A stretch of 32,530 bases of DNA from contig DQVY01000133.1 of assembly GCA_015661535.1 (NCBI GenBank), positions 1 through 32,530 of the forward strand, read 5' to 3'. Shown in pieces: positions 1 through 8,410 of the stretch. The stretch comes from Sulfurovum sp. (GTDB lineage: Bacteria > Campylobacterota > Campylobacteria > Campylobacterales > Sulfurovaceae). Position 1 is the first letter of the stretch, and each line of letters starts with the position of its first letter. The position numbers and the translations under genes are program-made. The notes beneath the pieces are model-generated. The model did not search any database. It saw only the letters and a program-made list of their open reading frames with translations, and was not told the DNA's origin.

Positions 1-375
1 CATGTCACAGGTGACTACATACACCGCATAGGCCGTACGGGTAGAGCAGGGTCTAAAGGTTTGGCCATTACACTCATTTCACCTACTGAGATGGTAGCTT
101 TAAAAGATGTAGAAAAACTTATGGGTAAAGCCATTAAACAAGAGATCTTAGAGGGGTATGCGCCGAAAGTCATTGTCACACAAAAAGGTGCACGTAAAAA
201 CCCAAAAGAACATAAAAGTGCTGATGGTGCTTTTGGTAAGAAAAAGAAGAAATCTACTACTTTTTCAAGTACAAAAAAGCGTAAGACCACAAAGCGTGAT
301 GGTTTTAAAGTGTACGATGCTGCAAAACCAAAAGAGGATAAGAAAAACAAAAAGCGTGGGAGAGGAAGAAAGTAG
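1..375 (+). CDS. DEAD-box RNA helicase, 3' part (5' truncated)
   Basis: Frame 1 from base 1 reads HVTGDYIHRIGRTGRAGSKG (helicase motif VI), followed by a Lys/Arg-rich tail and TAG at 373-375. Confidence 0.93.
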   Translation, partial: HVTGDYIHRIGRTGRAGSKGLAITLISPTEMVALKDVEKLMGKAIKQEILEGYAPKVIVTQKGARKNPKEHKSADGAFGKKKKKSTTFSSTKKRKTTKRDGFKVYDAAKPKEDKKNKKRGRGRK

Positions 376-1476
376 TTATTTCTCTCTCTTATCTTTCAAA
401 GAAAACTTCCCTATCTCTTCCAAGAAGGTTGTGGCGTACGAGCCTTTTGGTAAGTAAAATTCAACCGTTAATTTTTTACGCTTCTCATCATAGTCTGTGG
501 CTACATCTTGTGGCCAAATCCAGGCGAAACGTCGGTCTCCTTTTAAAGCATTGAGTTCTGTATCATCGTAGGGTTCTTCCAGGTAGTAGGCATCAGATTT
601 TGCACGTTCCACCTTGGCACCACAGAGTAGTCCTGTGGGTGCTATTTTCTTTTGTGAAAAGAGTTGTGCTGACTGTGCCATGTCTTTGACAAAGTTTATT
701 TTTCCATAAGGGTAAGGGGTAATAAGATCCCCTATGAAAAGTTTAAAAAACTGTGGTTGTTTGGCCAATACTTTGACCAACTCAAGAGGGTAATCCAGTT
801 TTTTAGCAGCAAAATTGACATCGTCTTTGCGTATGATGCTGGAGAGTTTCACCCTTTCATTGAGCCACTTGTTAAAGAGATAACTCTGGTAAGCAGAGAC
901 CAGCAGTTTTTCTTTGCTACCTTTGAGTTTTTTTCCTGAATGGGCGATCTCTTTTCCTTGCAGGTAAGAACGGCTGTCTTCACCAAAACGTTGGTAGCCG
1001 TAGTAGTTGGGAATACCTTCTTTCTGCATTTTAAGTGCTGTGGTATTAAAGAACCTGGCATCTTTTGCTTCTATGTCATGTAAGACAATGGAAAATCTGT
1101 TTCCTTTAAGATGTCCTATTTTAATGGCAGCTTTGTTGTATGTACGTTCCAGTATGTCTATTTTCTCGGTGGTAAGGTTTTTGTTGAGCTCTTTTTCATA
1201 CTTTTTAGGAAGTGAGATGTATTGTATGGTGGTTGCATTTTTGTCTTTGAGCCCTGCATAACCAATGTCACGTTCTTCCAAACCTGTGGCTTTTGCAAGT
1301 ACAGTAATGAGTTTCCATGTACTCATGTCTGTTTTTTTGACCTTGAGTATGAGAAAGTTTCCCGTGCCTGTAAAGCTGTAAAGAGGAATCTCTTCAACAA
1401 AAAAACGTTCAATGGTTTGCTCAAAATTAAAGCTTATCGGGGTATGGGTGTAGGCATAATATTTAATGTGATTCAT
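376..1476 (-). CDS. truD: tRNA pseudouridine(13) synthase TruD
   Basis: FxVEEI, GYAGLKDKNATTIQY (catalytic Asp), GHLKGNRF, PNYYGYQRFG and FYLPKGSYAT motifs. Confidence 0.96.
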   Translation of the reverse strand: MNHIKYYAYTHTPISFNFEQTIERFFVEEIPLYSFTGTGNFLILKVKKTDMSTWKLITVLAKATGLEERDIGYAGLKDKNATTIQYISLPKKYEKELNKNLTTEKIDILERTYNKAAIKIGHLKGNRFSIVLHDIEAKDARFFNTTALKMQKEGIPNYYGYQRFGEDSRSYLQGKEIAHSGKKLKGSKEKLLVSAYQSYLFNKWLNERVKLSSIIRKDDVNFAAKKLDYPLELVKVLAKQPQFFKLFIGDLITPYPYGKINFVKDMAQSAQLFSQKKIAPTGLLCGAKVERAKSDAYYLEEPYDDTELNALKGDRRFAWIWPQDVATDYDEKRKKLTVEFYLPKGSYATTFLEEIGKFSLKDKREK

Positions 1477-1586
1477 GATGAAATTATAGCGAAATTATTG
1501 GAAGTAGAATGAGAAAATAAATTTTGTATTAAATTTAATCATATCTCTCTTCGCTATACTTTTATTTATAAGAAAGAAAGGTACCT

Positions 1587-1835
1587 ATGTACAACCCTAT
1601 ATCCTCTGAATTTTTTGATCAATTAACTGTAGCCATGGAAAGAAAAATCCCCTCAACCATAGAATATTATCAAAATGAGGAACAAGAAAAAAATAAAGAA
1701 ATACAAGAGATAAAAGCTTTAGTAAAAACAATGGAACTCATCGATGGTTTTGAATTTTTAGTTTTAGATACACAAGAGAAAATAAGATTGTCTTTGGTCG
1801 TAAGATTTAATGGGAAGAGACATAGAGCGGACTAA
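1587..1835 (+). CDS. Small protein resembling Rof/YaeO Rho-binding antiterminator
   Basis: 82 aa. YNPISSEFFDQL and FEFLVL...IRL patterns resemble Rof (YQPINCDDYDNL...EYLVV...LRLD). AAAGG RBS upstream. Confidence 0.5.
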   Translation: MYNPISSEFFDQLTVAMERKIPSTIEYYQNEEQEKNKEIQEIKALVKTMELIDGFEFLVLDTQEKIRLSLVVRFNGKRHRAD

Positions 1836-1853
1836 TTAGTTCTTAGATTTATT

Positions 1854-2654
1854 CTAATAAAAAATCTCAATCAAATGTAGCCCCCTAGCCTTGGCTTTAG
1901 AAGCTATTTTTAGTTCTTGGTGATGCAGCAGTGCTTCACTAATGTCACTCAGTGTAAGCTGCTTTCTGCCTAGTGCAAACAAAGCACCAGCAACAAAGCG
2001 TACCATATGCCTTAAGAAACCTTTTCCTATTATCTTAATATAGTAAATTTCATTACCAAAGGTTGAAGAAGGTACTTGTAAAATTTCACAGCTCACAATC
2101 GTACGGTAGGTTGAACTCATCTTACTGTCTCGTTTTGCAAAGCTATAAAAATCATGTTCACCTGTGAAAAGCTTACACGCTTCTTTCATAAGTGCTATAT
2201 CGAGTGAGCCGGTAAAAGCTTTGCTCAGAGAGGGGATATGTGCAACGGTATCGTTTAGCATAGGGTTATAAATTGTGTCTGTACAAAAATAATAATGATA
2301 CTCTTTGCTCTTGCTTTGTGTATTTGGATTAAATGATACAGGGCAGGATTCACATTGTAAGATACGTATATCATCAGGTAAGAGTGAATTCATACCAAGC
2401 AAAAGTTTTGCGGAGTCAATTTCTAGTGCAATAGTGATCTTTATCACTTGACCTTGTGCATGAACACCTGCATCGGTTCTACTTGCAGCAGAAATAGAAC
2501 AAGTCTGATAGTTACATATCTGTTTGAGTACTTGCTGGACAGTTGCTTGTACCGTAGGGGTTTTTTTGTCTGAACCTAAGTCTTGCCAGCCAAAGTAGCT
2601 TGTGCCTTTGTATGAGATGATGAGACGATGATAATATAATATGGGATTAACCAC
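1854..2654 (-). CDS. truA: tRNA pseudouridine(38-40) synthase TruA family
   Basis: SYKGTSYFGWQ, SRTDAGVHAQGQ, GEHDFYSF and GFLRHMVR motifs. Start uncertain (GTG at 2654 or ATG at 2669, both overlapping the upstream stop). Confidence 0.93.
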   Translation of the reverse strand: MVNPILYYHRLIISYKGTSYFGWQDLGSDKKTPTVQATVQQVLKQICNYQTCSISAASRTDAGVHAQGQVIKITIALEIDSAKLLLGMNSLLPDDIRILQCESCPVSFNPNTQSKSKEYHYYFCTDTIYNPMLNDTVAHIPSLSKAFTGSLDIALMKEACKLFTGEHDFYSFAKRDSKMSSTYRTIVSCEILQVPSSTFGNEIYYIKIIGKGFLRHMVRFVAGALFALGRKQLTLSDISEALLHHQELKIASKAKARGLHLIEIFY

Positions 2655-3441
2655 ATTTTCCAGGGGCACATTTCATACCGTTAAATTTTCCTGTGAGAAT
2701 GCCATTATCATCTTCTATGCCTTCACTGTGCATTTTGTTCATCATGGCCTTCATCTCTTCGGGGTTGGCAATGAATTTATAGCCTTTGGTAAGGGTGAAG
2801 ACACCATAGACGATGACGAGTAGGGCTGCAAGTTTCATCATAGTGCCTCGCAGGTTTCCTCTTTGTAAAAATTTGGTAATAGTGGCTAGGAAAAAGAGTG
2901 CAGGAATGGTAGCCAGTCCAAAGGTTGCCATAACCAGTGCACCACCCCAGGGGGTTGCTGTACTCGCAGCAAAAATAGCAAAAGAGTAGACCAACCCACA
3001 AGGGATAATACCATTAAGCATCCCTAGAAGAAAAAAACTACCGTAAGACTTGGAAGTAATGAGCTTTTTAAAACTTTTTTGGTACCAGCTATATTTAGAA
3101 ACTGACCATTCGGCAGAGTTTAAAAACTTGAGATTTCCTAATAGACTTAGTCCTGCAAGTATCATCAACATACCTGTTAAAAGAAAGAGTATACCTTTGG
3201 TCGTGGGAGTGAATGCAAGTACACTGCCTACATAGCCAAAGAGTGCACCCAGGATAGTATAGGTTACAACCCTTCCAAAGTTGTAGGCTAAATGTGAGGC
3301 AGTTTGCTGGATGTAGGCAGACTTAGGGTCAATTTTGCTGGAAGTATAGGCAACCACAATTCCCCCGCACATGCCAATACAATGACCTACTGAGCCTAAA
3401 AATGCGGTGGTTAGTATAATAATAAGATCAATGTTTCCCAT
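2647..3441 (-). CDS. Polytopic membrane protein of the DsbD_2/TauE-SafE (CcoH/UreH-like) type, with C-terminal MKCAPGKCG tail
   Basis: GHCIGMCGG, YNFGRVVTY and LNGIIPCGLVY motifs; about 6 TM helices. Confidence 0.85.
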   Translation of the reverse strand: MGNIDLIIILTTAFLGSVGHCIGMCGGIVVAYTSSKIDPKSAYIQQTASHLAYNFGRVVTYTILGALFGYVGSVLAFTPTTKGILFLLTGMLMILAGLSLLGNLKFLNSAEWSVSKYSWYQKSFKKLITSKSYGSFFLLGMLNGIIPCGLVYSFAIFAASTATPWGGALVMATFGLATIPALFFLATITKFLQRGNLRGTMMKLAALLVIVYGVFTLTKGYKFIANPEEMKAMMNKMHSEGIEDDNGILTGKFNGMKCAPGKCG

Positions 3442-3512
3442 GTGTAAGTATCCATTTGTTAATATGTAAAACTATAGTATACTTTTGTTAAATTAGTGTT
3501 AAGGATAGTCTA

Positions 3513-3950
3513 ATGTTTAAAAGCTTGAAACGCAGTGTTACTAAAATGTTTAGGGAGCTTTTGGTGTATCATCACAGTTCTTTGGAATACAGGGCAAAGA
3601 TTTTAACACTTATGGTCTCTGCAAATGGTGAGATATGTGAATGTGAAAAACAAAAACTAAAAGAGATAGCCCATAGTATTTATGGCGATAATCTTGAACG
3701 GGCTGAACTTCTCATAGATACGGTCAATGAATACCATAGCAAAATTCTTACAGATAATGGGCTGAATTTTGAACACCTCATACAATTGGTGGAACGTGAA
3801 ACAAAAGAGGCACCTCGTTTTGTAGAGAAGATAGACATGACACAGCTTAGAGAGTTAAAAGAGTGTATAGACGATGATGAAGATGCCCTTTTCCAAGAGC
3901 GTATTTTAGAATTTTTAGGTACCTTAAAAACAGAATATGGTAGAAGATAA
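3513..3950 (+). CDS. Hypothetical protein, TerB-like
   Basis: MVSANGEICECE resembles the TerB ADGxIxxxE motif. AAGGA RBS; translationally coupled to the next gene. Confidence 0.5.
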   Translation: MFKSLKRSVTKMFRELLVYHHSSLEYRAKILTLMVSANGEICECEKQKLKEIAHSIYGDNLERAELLIDTVNEYHSKILTDNGLNFEHLIQLVERETKEAPRFVEKIDMTQLRELKECIDDDEDALFQERILEFLGTLKTEYGRR

Positions 3951-4225
3951 TGGAATGGTACAGGTTTATTGTTTTTGGTAAAGTACAGGGTGTATTTTAC
4001 CGTAAGTCTGTTTCTCAGGCATTGATGAAAAAACAGTTTAAAGGGTACATTCAAAATTTGTCAGATGGTAGCGTAGAAGTGGTGGCTGAAATTTTTGATG
4101 ATAATCTTGATACCTTCATAGAGATACTTAAAGAGGGTTCACTGTTAAGTACGGTTGAAGAGGTTAACTATGAGGTTATCGATGAGGCTGTATTTAATAC
4201 GGATGGTTTTGAGATACGATATTAA
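3950..4225 (+). CDS. acyP: Acylphosphatase
   Basis: GKVQGVFYR and GYIQNLSDGSVEV motifs; C-terminal FEIRY. Confidence 0.93.
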   Translation: MEWYRFIVFGKVQGVFYRKSVSQALMKKQFKGYIQNLSDGSVEVVAEIFDDNLDTFIEILKEGSLLSTVEEVNYEVIDEAVFNTDGFEIRY

Positions 4226-4226
4226 T

Positions 4227-4247
4227 GTAGGGTCGATCATATCGACC
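4227..4247 (+). repeat. Single GTAG-type REP-like palindrome
   Basis: GTAG-GGTCGAT-CAT-ATCGACC immediately after the acyP stop codon. Confidence 0.55.
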
Positions 4248-4269
4248 ATGACAGAGAGGAGAATTTAAA

Positions 4270-4467
4270 ATGTCTAGTGGTTGGGGATGTCAGTTTATGG
4301 GAACAAAAGGTGATGATACAGAGTGGTGTTTAAAACTCCATCATCACTGTGAACCGGGATGCAAAGGATGTATTATCGCCGGACAGGTTGAATTTACACA
4401 ACCCAATATCTCTGAAGAACAGGAGAGAAAGGTGAAAAAACGTTCCGACAATCCTTTGGAGCGTTAA
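4270..4467 (+). CDS. Small Cys-rich hypothetical protein
   Basis: 65 aa, strong GAGGAG RBS, 5 Cys (WGC..C..HHHCEPGCKGC). Confidence 0.7.
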   Translation: MSSGWGCQFMGTKGDDTEWCLKLHHHCEPGCKGCIIAGQVEFTQPNISEEQERKVKKRSDNPLER

Positions 4468-4497
4468 ATGGAGATGTAACAATAAATAGCTAAATGA

Positions 4498-4602
4498 TAT
4501 TGGATAAGTGCTAGATATGATACTATAGATTTCTCTGCAGGTACTTATATACAGTTAGACCAAACAGATACAGCTTATATAAGATGTGTAAAGAGCTTTT
4601 AG
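4498..4602 (+). pseudogene. Possible remnant of a DUF1566/Lcl C-terminal domain gene
   Basis: Start-less frame YWISARYDTIDFSAGTYIQLDQTDTAYIRCVKSF* fits the YWxS...FxxG...YVRCV pattern; in-frame stops lie just upstream. Confidence 0.4.
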
Positions 4603-4622
4603 CTTTTTAGACAGTGTTTTTC

Positions 4623-5150
4623 TTACACCATCTCCTTCCCAAACTTCGCCTTCAGTTTAGCAAGTTTAGGAGGGATAACAGCATTACAATACCCCTGCAT
4701 AGGGTTTTGTCTGTAGTAGTCTTGATGGTAGTCTTCTGCCGCGTAGTAGCACTTTAGGGGCTCAATGGTGGTGACTATAGGGTCAGCGTAATCTTTTTGT
4801 GCTGCTTCCATAGCTGCCTCTGCCGCCTCTTTTGTCTCTTCGTCGGTATAGAGAATGGTGGAGCGGTACTGTGTGCCTCTGTCTGCACCCTGCTGGTTGA
4901 GGGTGGTAGGGTTGTGTGTGACGAAGAAGATCTCTAGCAAGGTATCTAAAGTGATAATGCTATCATCATAGCTTATCTTGATGACTTCTGCATGCCCGGT
5001 TGCTCCTGTACAGATCTGTGTATAGGTGGGGTCCAGAGTTTCTCCGTTGGCATAGCCACTCTCTACATCACTAACCCCTTTAAGAAGTTCAAATACCGCT
5101 TCCGTACACCAAAAACATCCGCCGCCTACGATGAGTTCTTTTTTTGTCAT
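4623..5150 (-). CDS. msrA: Peptide-methionine (S)-S-oxide reductase MsrA
   Basis: GGCFWC, TGHAEVI, QGADRGTQYRS and AEDYHQDY motifs. Confidence 0.97.
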   Translation of the reverse strand: MTKKELIVGGGCFWCTEAVFELLKGVSDVESGYANGETLDPTYTQICTGATGHAEVIKISYDDSIITLDTLLEIFFVTHNPTTLNQQGADRGTQYRSTILYTDEETKEAAEAAMEAAQKDYADPIVTTIEPLKCYYAAEDYHQDYYRQNPMQGYCNAVIPPKLAKLKAKFGKEMV

Positions 5151-5164
5151 GCTCTCTTCTCCTT

Positions 5165-5224
5165 ATTACCGCACTAACTAATATCCTTCTCTCAAAGTTG
5201 AAGGATATTAGTTAGTGCGGTAAT
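5165..5224. repeat. Perfect 25-bp inverted repeat (MITE/ERIC-like hairpin)
   Basis: ATTACCGCACTAACTAATATCCTTC, 10-nt loop, GAAGGATATTAGTTAGTGCGGTAAT. Confidence 0.9.
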
Positions 5225-5262
5225 TAAATGCAACTTTAGATGCATTTTCTATTTTTTATCTG

Positions 5263-5275
5263 TGCTATAATAGCA
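5263..5275. promoter_or_regulatory. Overlapping divergent extended -10 elements for trxC and msrA
   Basis: Palindrome TGCTATAATAGCA reads TGcTATAAT on + and TGcTATTAT on -. Confidence 0.55.
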
Positions 5276-5313
5276 AAACTATAAAAAATTAATCTAAAAT
5301 AAGGAGTTTAACG

Positions 5314-5742
5314 ATGAATGTAAATGTTGTTTGTCCACATTGTCTCAAAGTCAACCGTATACCTAAAAAAGAGTCTTATGCAAAAGCGAACTGTGGAGAG
5401 TGTAAAAAGTCACTGCTCGATGCAAAACCTTTGGCTGCAAATATGGTCAGTTTGGACAAGTTTGTAAACAATTCTGACTTGCCTGTGGTCGTAGATTTTT
5501 GGGCACCATGGTGTGGCCCTTGTTTACAGATGGCGCCGCACTTTGAGAAAGCAGCGCTTGCTATGCCACTTAAAGCACAATTTTTGAAGATCAATAATGA
5601 TGATGAACAAAGCTTAGGGGCTAAGTATCAGATAGCAAGTATTCCTACCGTGCTTGTGTTTAAGAATGGAAAAGAGATCGACAGGTTTTCCGGGGCAAGA
5701 GACAGTACACAGATAGAGAGCTGGGTAAAGCAGTACATATAA
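5314..5742 (+). CDS. trxC: Thioredoxin 2 with N-terminal Zn finger
   Basis: CPHC...CGEC plus DFWAPWCGPC active site. Confidence 0.95.
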   Translation: MNVNVVCPHCLKVNRIPKKESYAKANCGECKKSLLDAKPLAANMVSLDKFVNNSDLPVVVDFWAPWCGPCLQMAPHFEKAALAMPLKAQFLKINNDDEQSLGAKYQIASIPTVLVFKNGKEIDRFSGARDSTQIESWVKQYI

Positions 5743-5762
5743 ATTAAATTTGAAGGCATTTT

Positions 5763-6434
5763 GTGGCAAAAATATTATTACTTGAGGATGATGCAAATCT
5801 TAATGAAACAGTAATGGAGTTCTTAACAGAGCAGGGACATGATGTTGTCTCTGTGTTTGACGGACATGAAGCCCAGGAAAAACTGTATGAAAGTAAATAT
5901 GATCTGCTGCTGTTAGATGTCAATACACCTGGTATCAATGGCTTTGATCTTCTGAAAGAAGCAAGAGAAGAGGAGGTGCTTGCACCTGCTATCTTCATTA
6001 CCTCTCTTGACTCTGTGGATGATCTGGAAAAAGGATTTGCTTCGGGATGTGATGACTATATACGTAAACCTTTTGTTTTAAAAGAATTGAAAATACGTGT
6101 AGAAACCTTACTTAAACGCGGTTTTTTCCATGAAGTTAAAGAGTTCATTCGTCTTGACAGTACGCTGGAGTATGATATAAAAAACAACAGCCTTATCAGA
6201 GACAAAGAAAGTGTCTCTTTGGGCAATAAAGAAGCGATATTACTAAAACTGTTTATAAAGAATGAAGGTGAGGTCTTGGCACATGATCGCATCTATAAAC
6301 ATTTGTGGGATTTTGATGAAGAACCTAGCGACACAGCACTTCGTACCTACATTAAGAATCTGCGAAAAATCATAGGTAAGGAAAAAATTGTTAGTATCAA
6401 AAAACAAGGGTACAAATTCGTTACTCAAGAGTGA
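5763..6434 (+). CDS. OmpR-family response regulator, DccR/CrdR-like
   Basis: KILLLEDD, LLDVNTP, GCDDYIRKPF and WDFDEEPSDTALRTYIKNLRK; close to my recollection of C. jejuni DccR. GTG start. Confidence 0.92.
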   Translation: MAKILLLEDDANLNETVMEFLTEQGHDVVSVFDGHEAQEKLYESKYDLLLLDVNTPGINGFDLLKEAREEEVLAPAIFITSLDSVDDLEKGFASGCDDYIRKPFVLKELKIRVETLLKRGFFHEVKEFIRLDSTLEYDIKNNSLIRDKESVSLGNKEAILLKLFIKNEGEVLAHDRIYKHLWDFDEEPSDTALRTYIKNLRKIIGKEKIVSIKKQGYKFVTQE

Positions 6435-7575
6435 GAAGAAATCTCTCTTTAGATTTTTAGCACTTTATATGTCGATGGTGATCTTTACCATTTCGCTACT
6501 CTCCCTCTATTATTATCAGAGTCAGGAAAAACTTGTACTCTCCGATAAAAGAGCCATCCTTACAAAATACGCCTATATACAAACCAAAAGACTTAAAGTT
6601 TTGCACCATTTTTTTGATGAAAGAGTTGAGTATCCACGTGATCCCCGTTTTAGATCTGCTATATATGATATAGAGCATATTAAAATATTTTCGCTGCTTG
6701 AAAATGACAATATACGCTTTCAAGAGGAGATATATTTTACCGAAGGGTATATCCATTTGGTGAAAATGTTAGATGACTTTTACCTGGGAACCAAATACCT
6801 TATTATAGAAGTAGAAGACACGGGGGCATGGAGAGCGGAGATATGGAAAAATATACTGGGATATGGCTTTTTAGCATTTATGTTTTTTATGATCTTCGGG
6901 CTTTATCTTGCCAAGTTGTTTTTGAAACCCATGAGAGACTCCATACTCTTACTCGATAGATTTATTAAAGATACTACACATGAACTCAATACACCGCTTT
7001 CTGCCATACTTGCGAATATAGAGATGATGGATACAAATGTGATGGTAGAAAAAAACAAAACAAAACTAAACCGTATCAATATTGCGGCAAAAACTGTTTC
7101 TATACTTTATAAAGATCTTACCTACCTGACCTTGGAGCAGGAGAAGGAAAATCATGATGAAGTAATAGATGTAAGGGAACTGATCTATGATAGAGCAGAA
7201 TACTTCTCCATATTAGCTCAGTCTAAACAGTTGGAATGTAAGTTGGAACTTGAAGAGGCCAGCATTATCATAGACAGACGAAAGTTTACCAGAATCATTG
7301 ATAACCTTATTTCAAATGCGATCAAGTATAACAAGCGTCATGGTACCGTAAGTATAGAATTGAATCAGGGTATGTTGGCAATCTCTGATACAGGCATTGG
7401 CTTAAATGAAGAGAGCATTCCCTATATTTTCGACAGGTATATTCGCTTCAACAATGCGGAAGGTGGCTTTGGTGTAGGTTTGAGTATTGTGAAAAAAATA
7501 GTAGATGAATATGGACTATCTATTGAAGTAGAGTCAGAAGAAGGCCATGGAACAAGGATGGTATTAAGATGGTAA
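6388..7575 (+). CDS. Sensor histidine kinase, DccS/CrdS-like
   Basis: Two TM helices, H-box DTTHELNTPL, NLISNAIKY, DTGIG and GGFGVGL. Start approximate. Confidence 0.93.
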   Translation: MLVSKNKGTNSLLKSEKKSLFRFLALYMSMVIFTISLLSLYYYQSQEKLVLSDKRAILTKYAYIQTKRLKVLHHFFDERVEYPRDPRFRSAIYDIEHIKIFSLLENDNIRFQEEIYFTEGYIHLVKMLDDFYLGTKYLIIEVEDTGAWRAEIWKNILGYGFLAFMFFMIFGLYLAKLFLKPMRDSILLLDRFIKDTTHELNTPLSAILANIEMMDTNVMVEKNKTKLNRINIAAKTVSILYKDLTYLTLEQEKENHDEVIDVRELIYDRAEYFSILAQSKQLECKLELEEASIIIDRRKFTRIIDNLISNAIKYNKRHGTVSIELNQGMLAISDTGIGLNEESIPYIFDRYIRFNNAEGGFGVGLSIVKKIVDEYGLSIEVESEEGHGTRMVLRW

Positions 7576-7901
7576 AAGTGATACTCATAAGTATAGTATT
7601 GGTATCGGGTGTGTATTCAGAAGATGCCTATGAACGTTATTGTGTTGACTGCCATAAAGAGTTACCAACTTCGCTACAGCGTATGTTCATGCATTACCTT
7701 CTTGTTTATGGTGGTGAAAAAAATGTCAAAGCAGGACTGAAACATTATTTAAAATACCCTATAAGGGAGATCTCTGTGATGTCTGATCTGTTTATTGATA
7801 ATTATGGTATAAAAAAGAAGACAACATTGAGTGATAAGCAAATAGATGAAGCACTTAACAGTTACTGGGAAAGGTTTAAGGTAATTGATAAGTTGAAGTA
7901 G
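7569..7901 (+). CDS. Putative periplasmic monoheme c-type cytochrome
   Basis: Signal peptide followed by CVDCH; overlaps the kinase stop. Confidence 0.7.
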   Translation: MVKVILISIVLVSGVYSEDAYERYCVDCHKELPTSLQRMFMHYLLVYGGEKNVKAGLKHYLKYPIREISVMSDLFIDNYGIKKKTTLSDKQIDEALNSYWERFKVIDKLK

Positions 7902-7960
7902 TTACAATATTATAATACCTATGGACAAGGTTAGATTATATATACAAAAAAGGAATGATA

Positions 7961-8284
7961 ATGAAAAAACTGATATCTGTTATCACGATTGTTGCAGTGT
8001 CTATGATGAGTACACCAACGATAGCATCTGCAAGTCTTGCAAAAGGCCAAAAAATTTACAAGAAAAAGTTACGTAAATACTGTAGGATCTCTGGCGTACG
8101 TTTTGCCAGAACACACACGCAAGATGAATGGGAAGAGATTTGGGATGATGGAAACTTTGAAAAAGAGACTTATAAAATTTGTCCTAAGTTGAAAAAAGGA
8201 AAGATCAAAAAGTCATGGTGGAAACACATTTATGAGTTCGCATACGAATATGGTAAAGGCGGCTCTCACGTTCCAAAATGTTAA
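7961..8284 (+). CDS. Secreted cytochrome-c-like protein lacking CxxCH (paralog 1)
   Basis: Signal peptide; GQKIYKKKL..C....RFARTHTQDEW..CP..VPKC. Confidence 0.75.
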   Translation: MKKLISVITIVAVSMMSTPTIASASLAKGQKIYKKKLRKYCRISGVRFARTHTQDEWEEIWDDGNFEKETYKICPKLKKGKIKKSWWKHIYEFAYEYGKGGSHVPKC

Positions 8285-8305
8285 ATACTAGATAGTGTAA
8301 CCTCT

Positions 8306-8332
8306 TGAAGCAGTTTACTTACAGCTGCTTCA
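8306..8332 (+). terminator. Hairpin after paralog 1
   Basis: TGAAGCAGTT/AGCTGCTTCA 10-bp stem; weak U tract. Confidence 0.45.
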
Positions 8333-8347
8333 TAATTCATCAACTAC

Positions 8348-8379
8348 TTCACAATATTTTCACAATTACATGATATGAT
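8348..8379 (+). promoter_or_regulatory. DccR-type box and -10 promoter
   Basis: TTCAC-N6-TTCACA at 8348-8364, then TG-a-TATGAT at 8371-8379; matches the published C. jejuni DccR consensus WTTCAC-N6-TTCACW except the first W. Confidence 0.7.
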
Positions 8380-8410
8380 ACATAATCTTAAATTAAAAGG
8401 ATGATAACAA

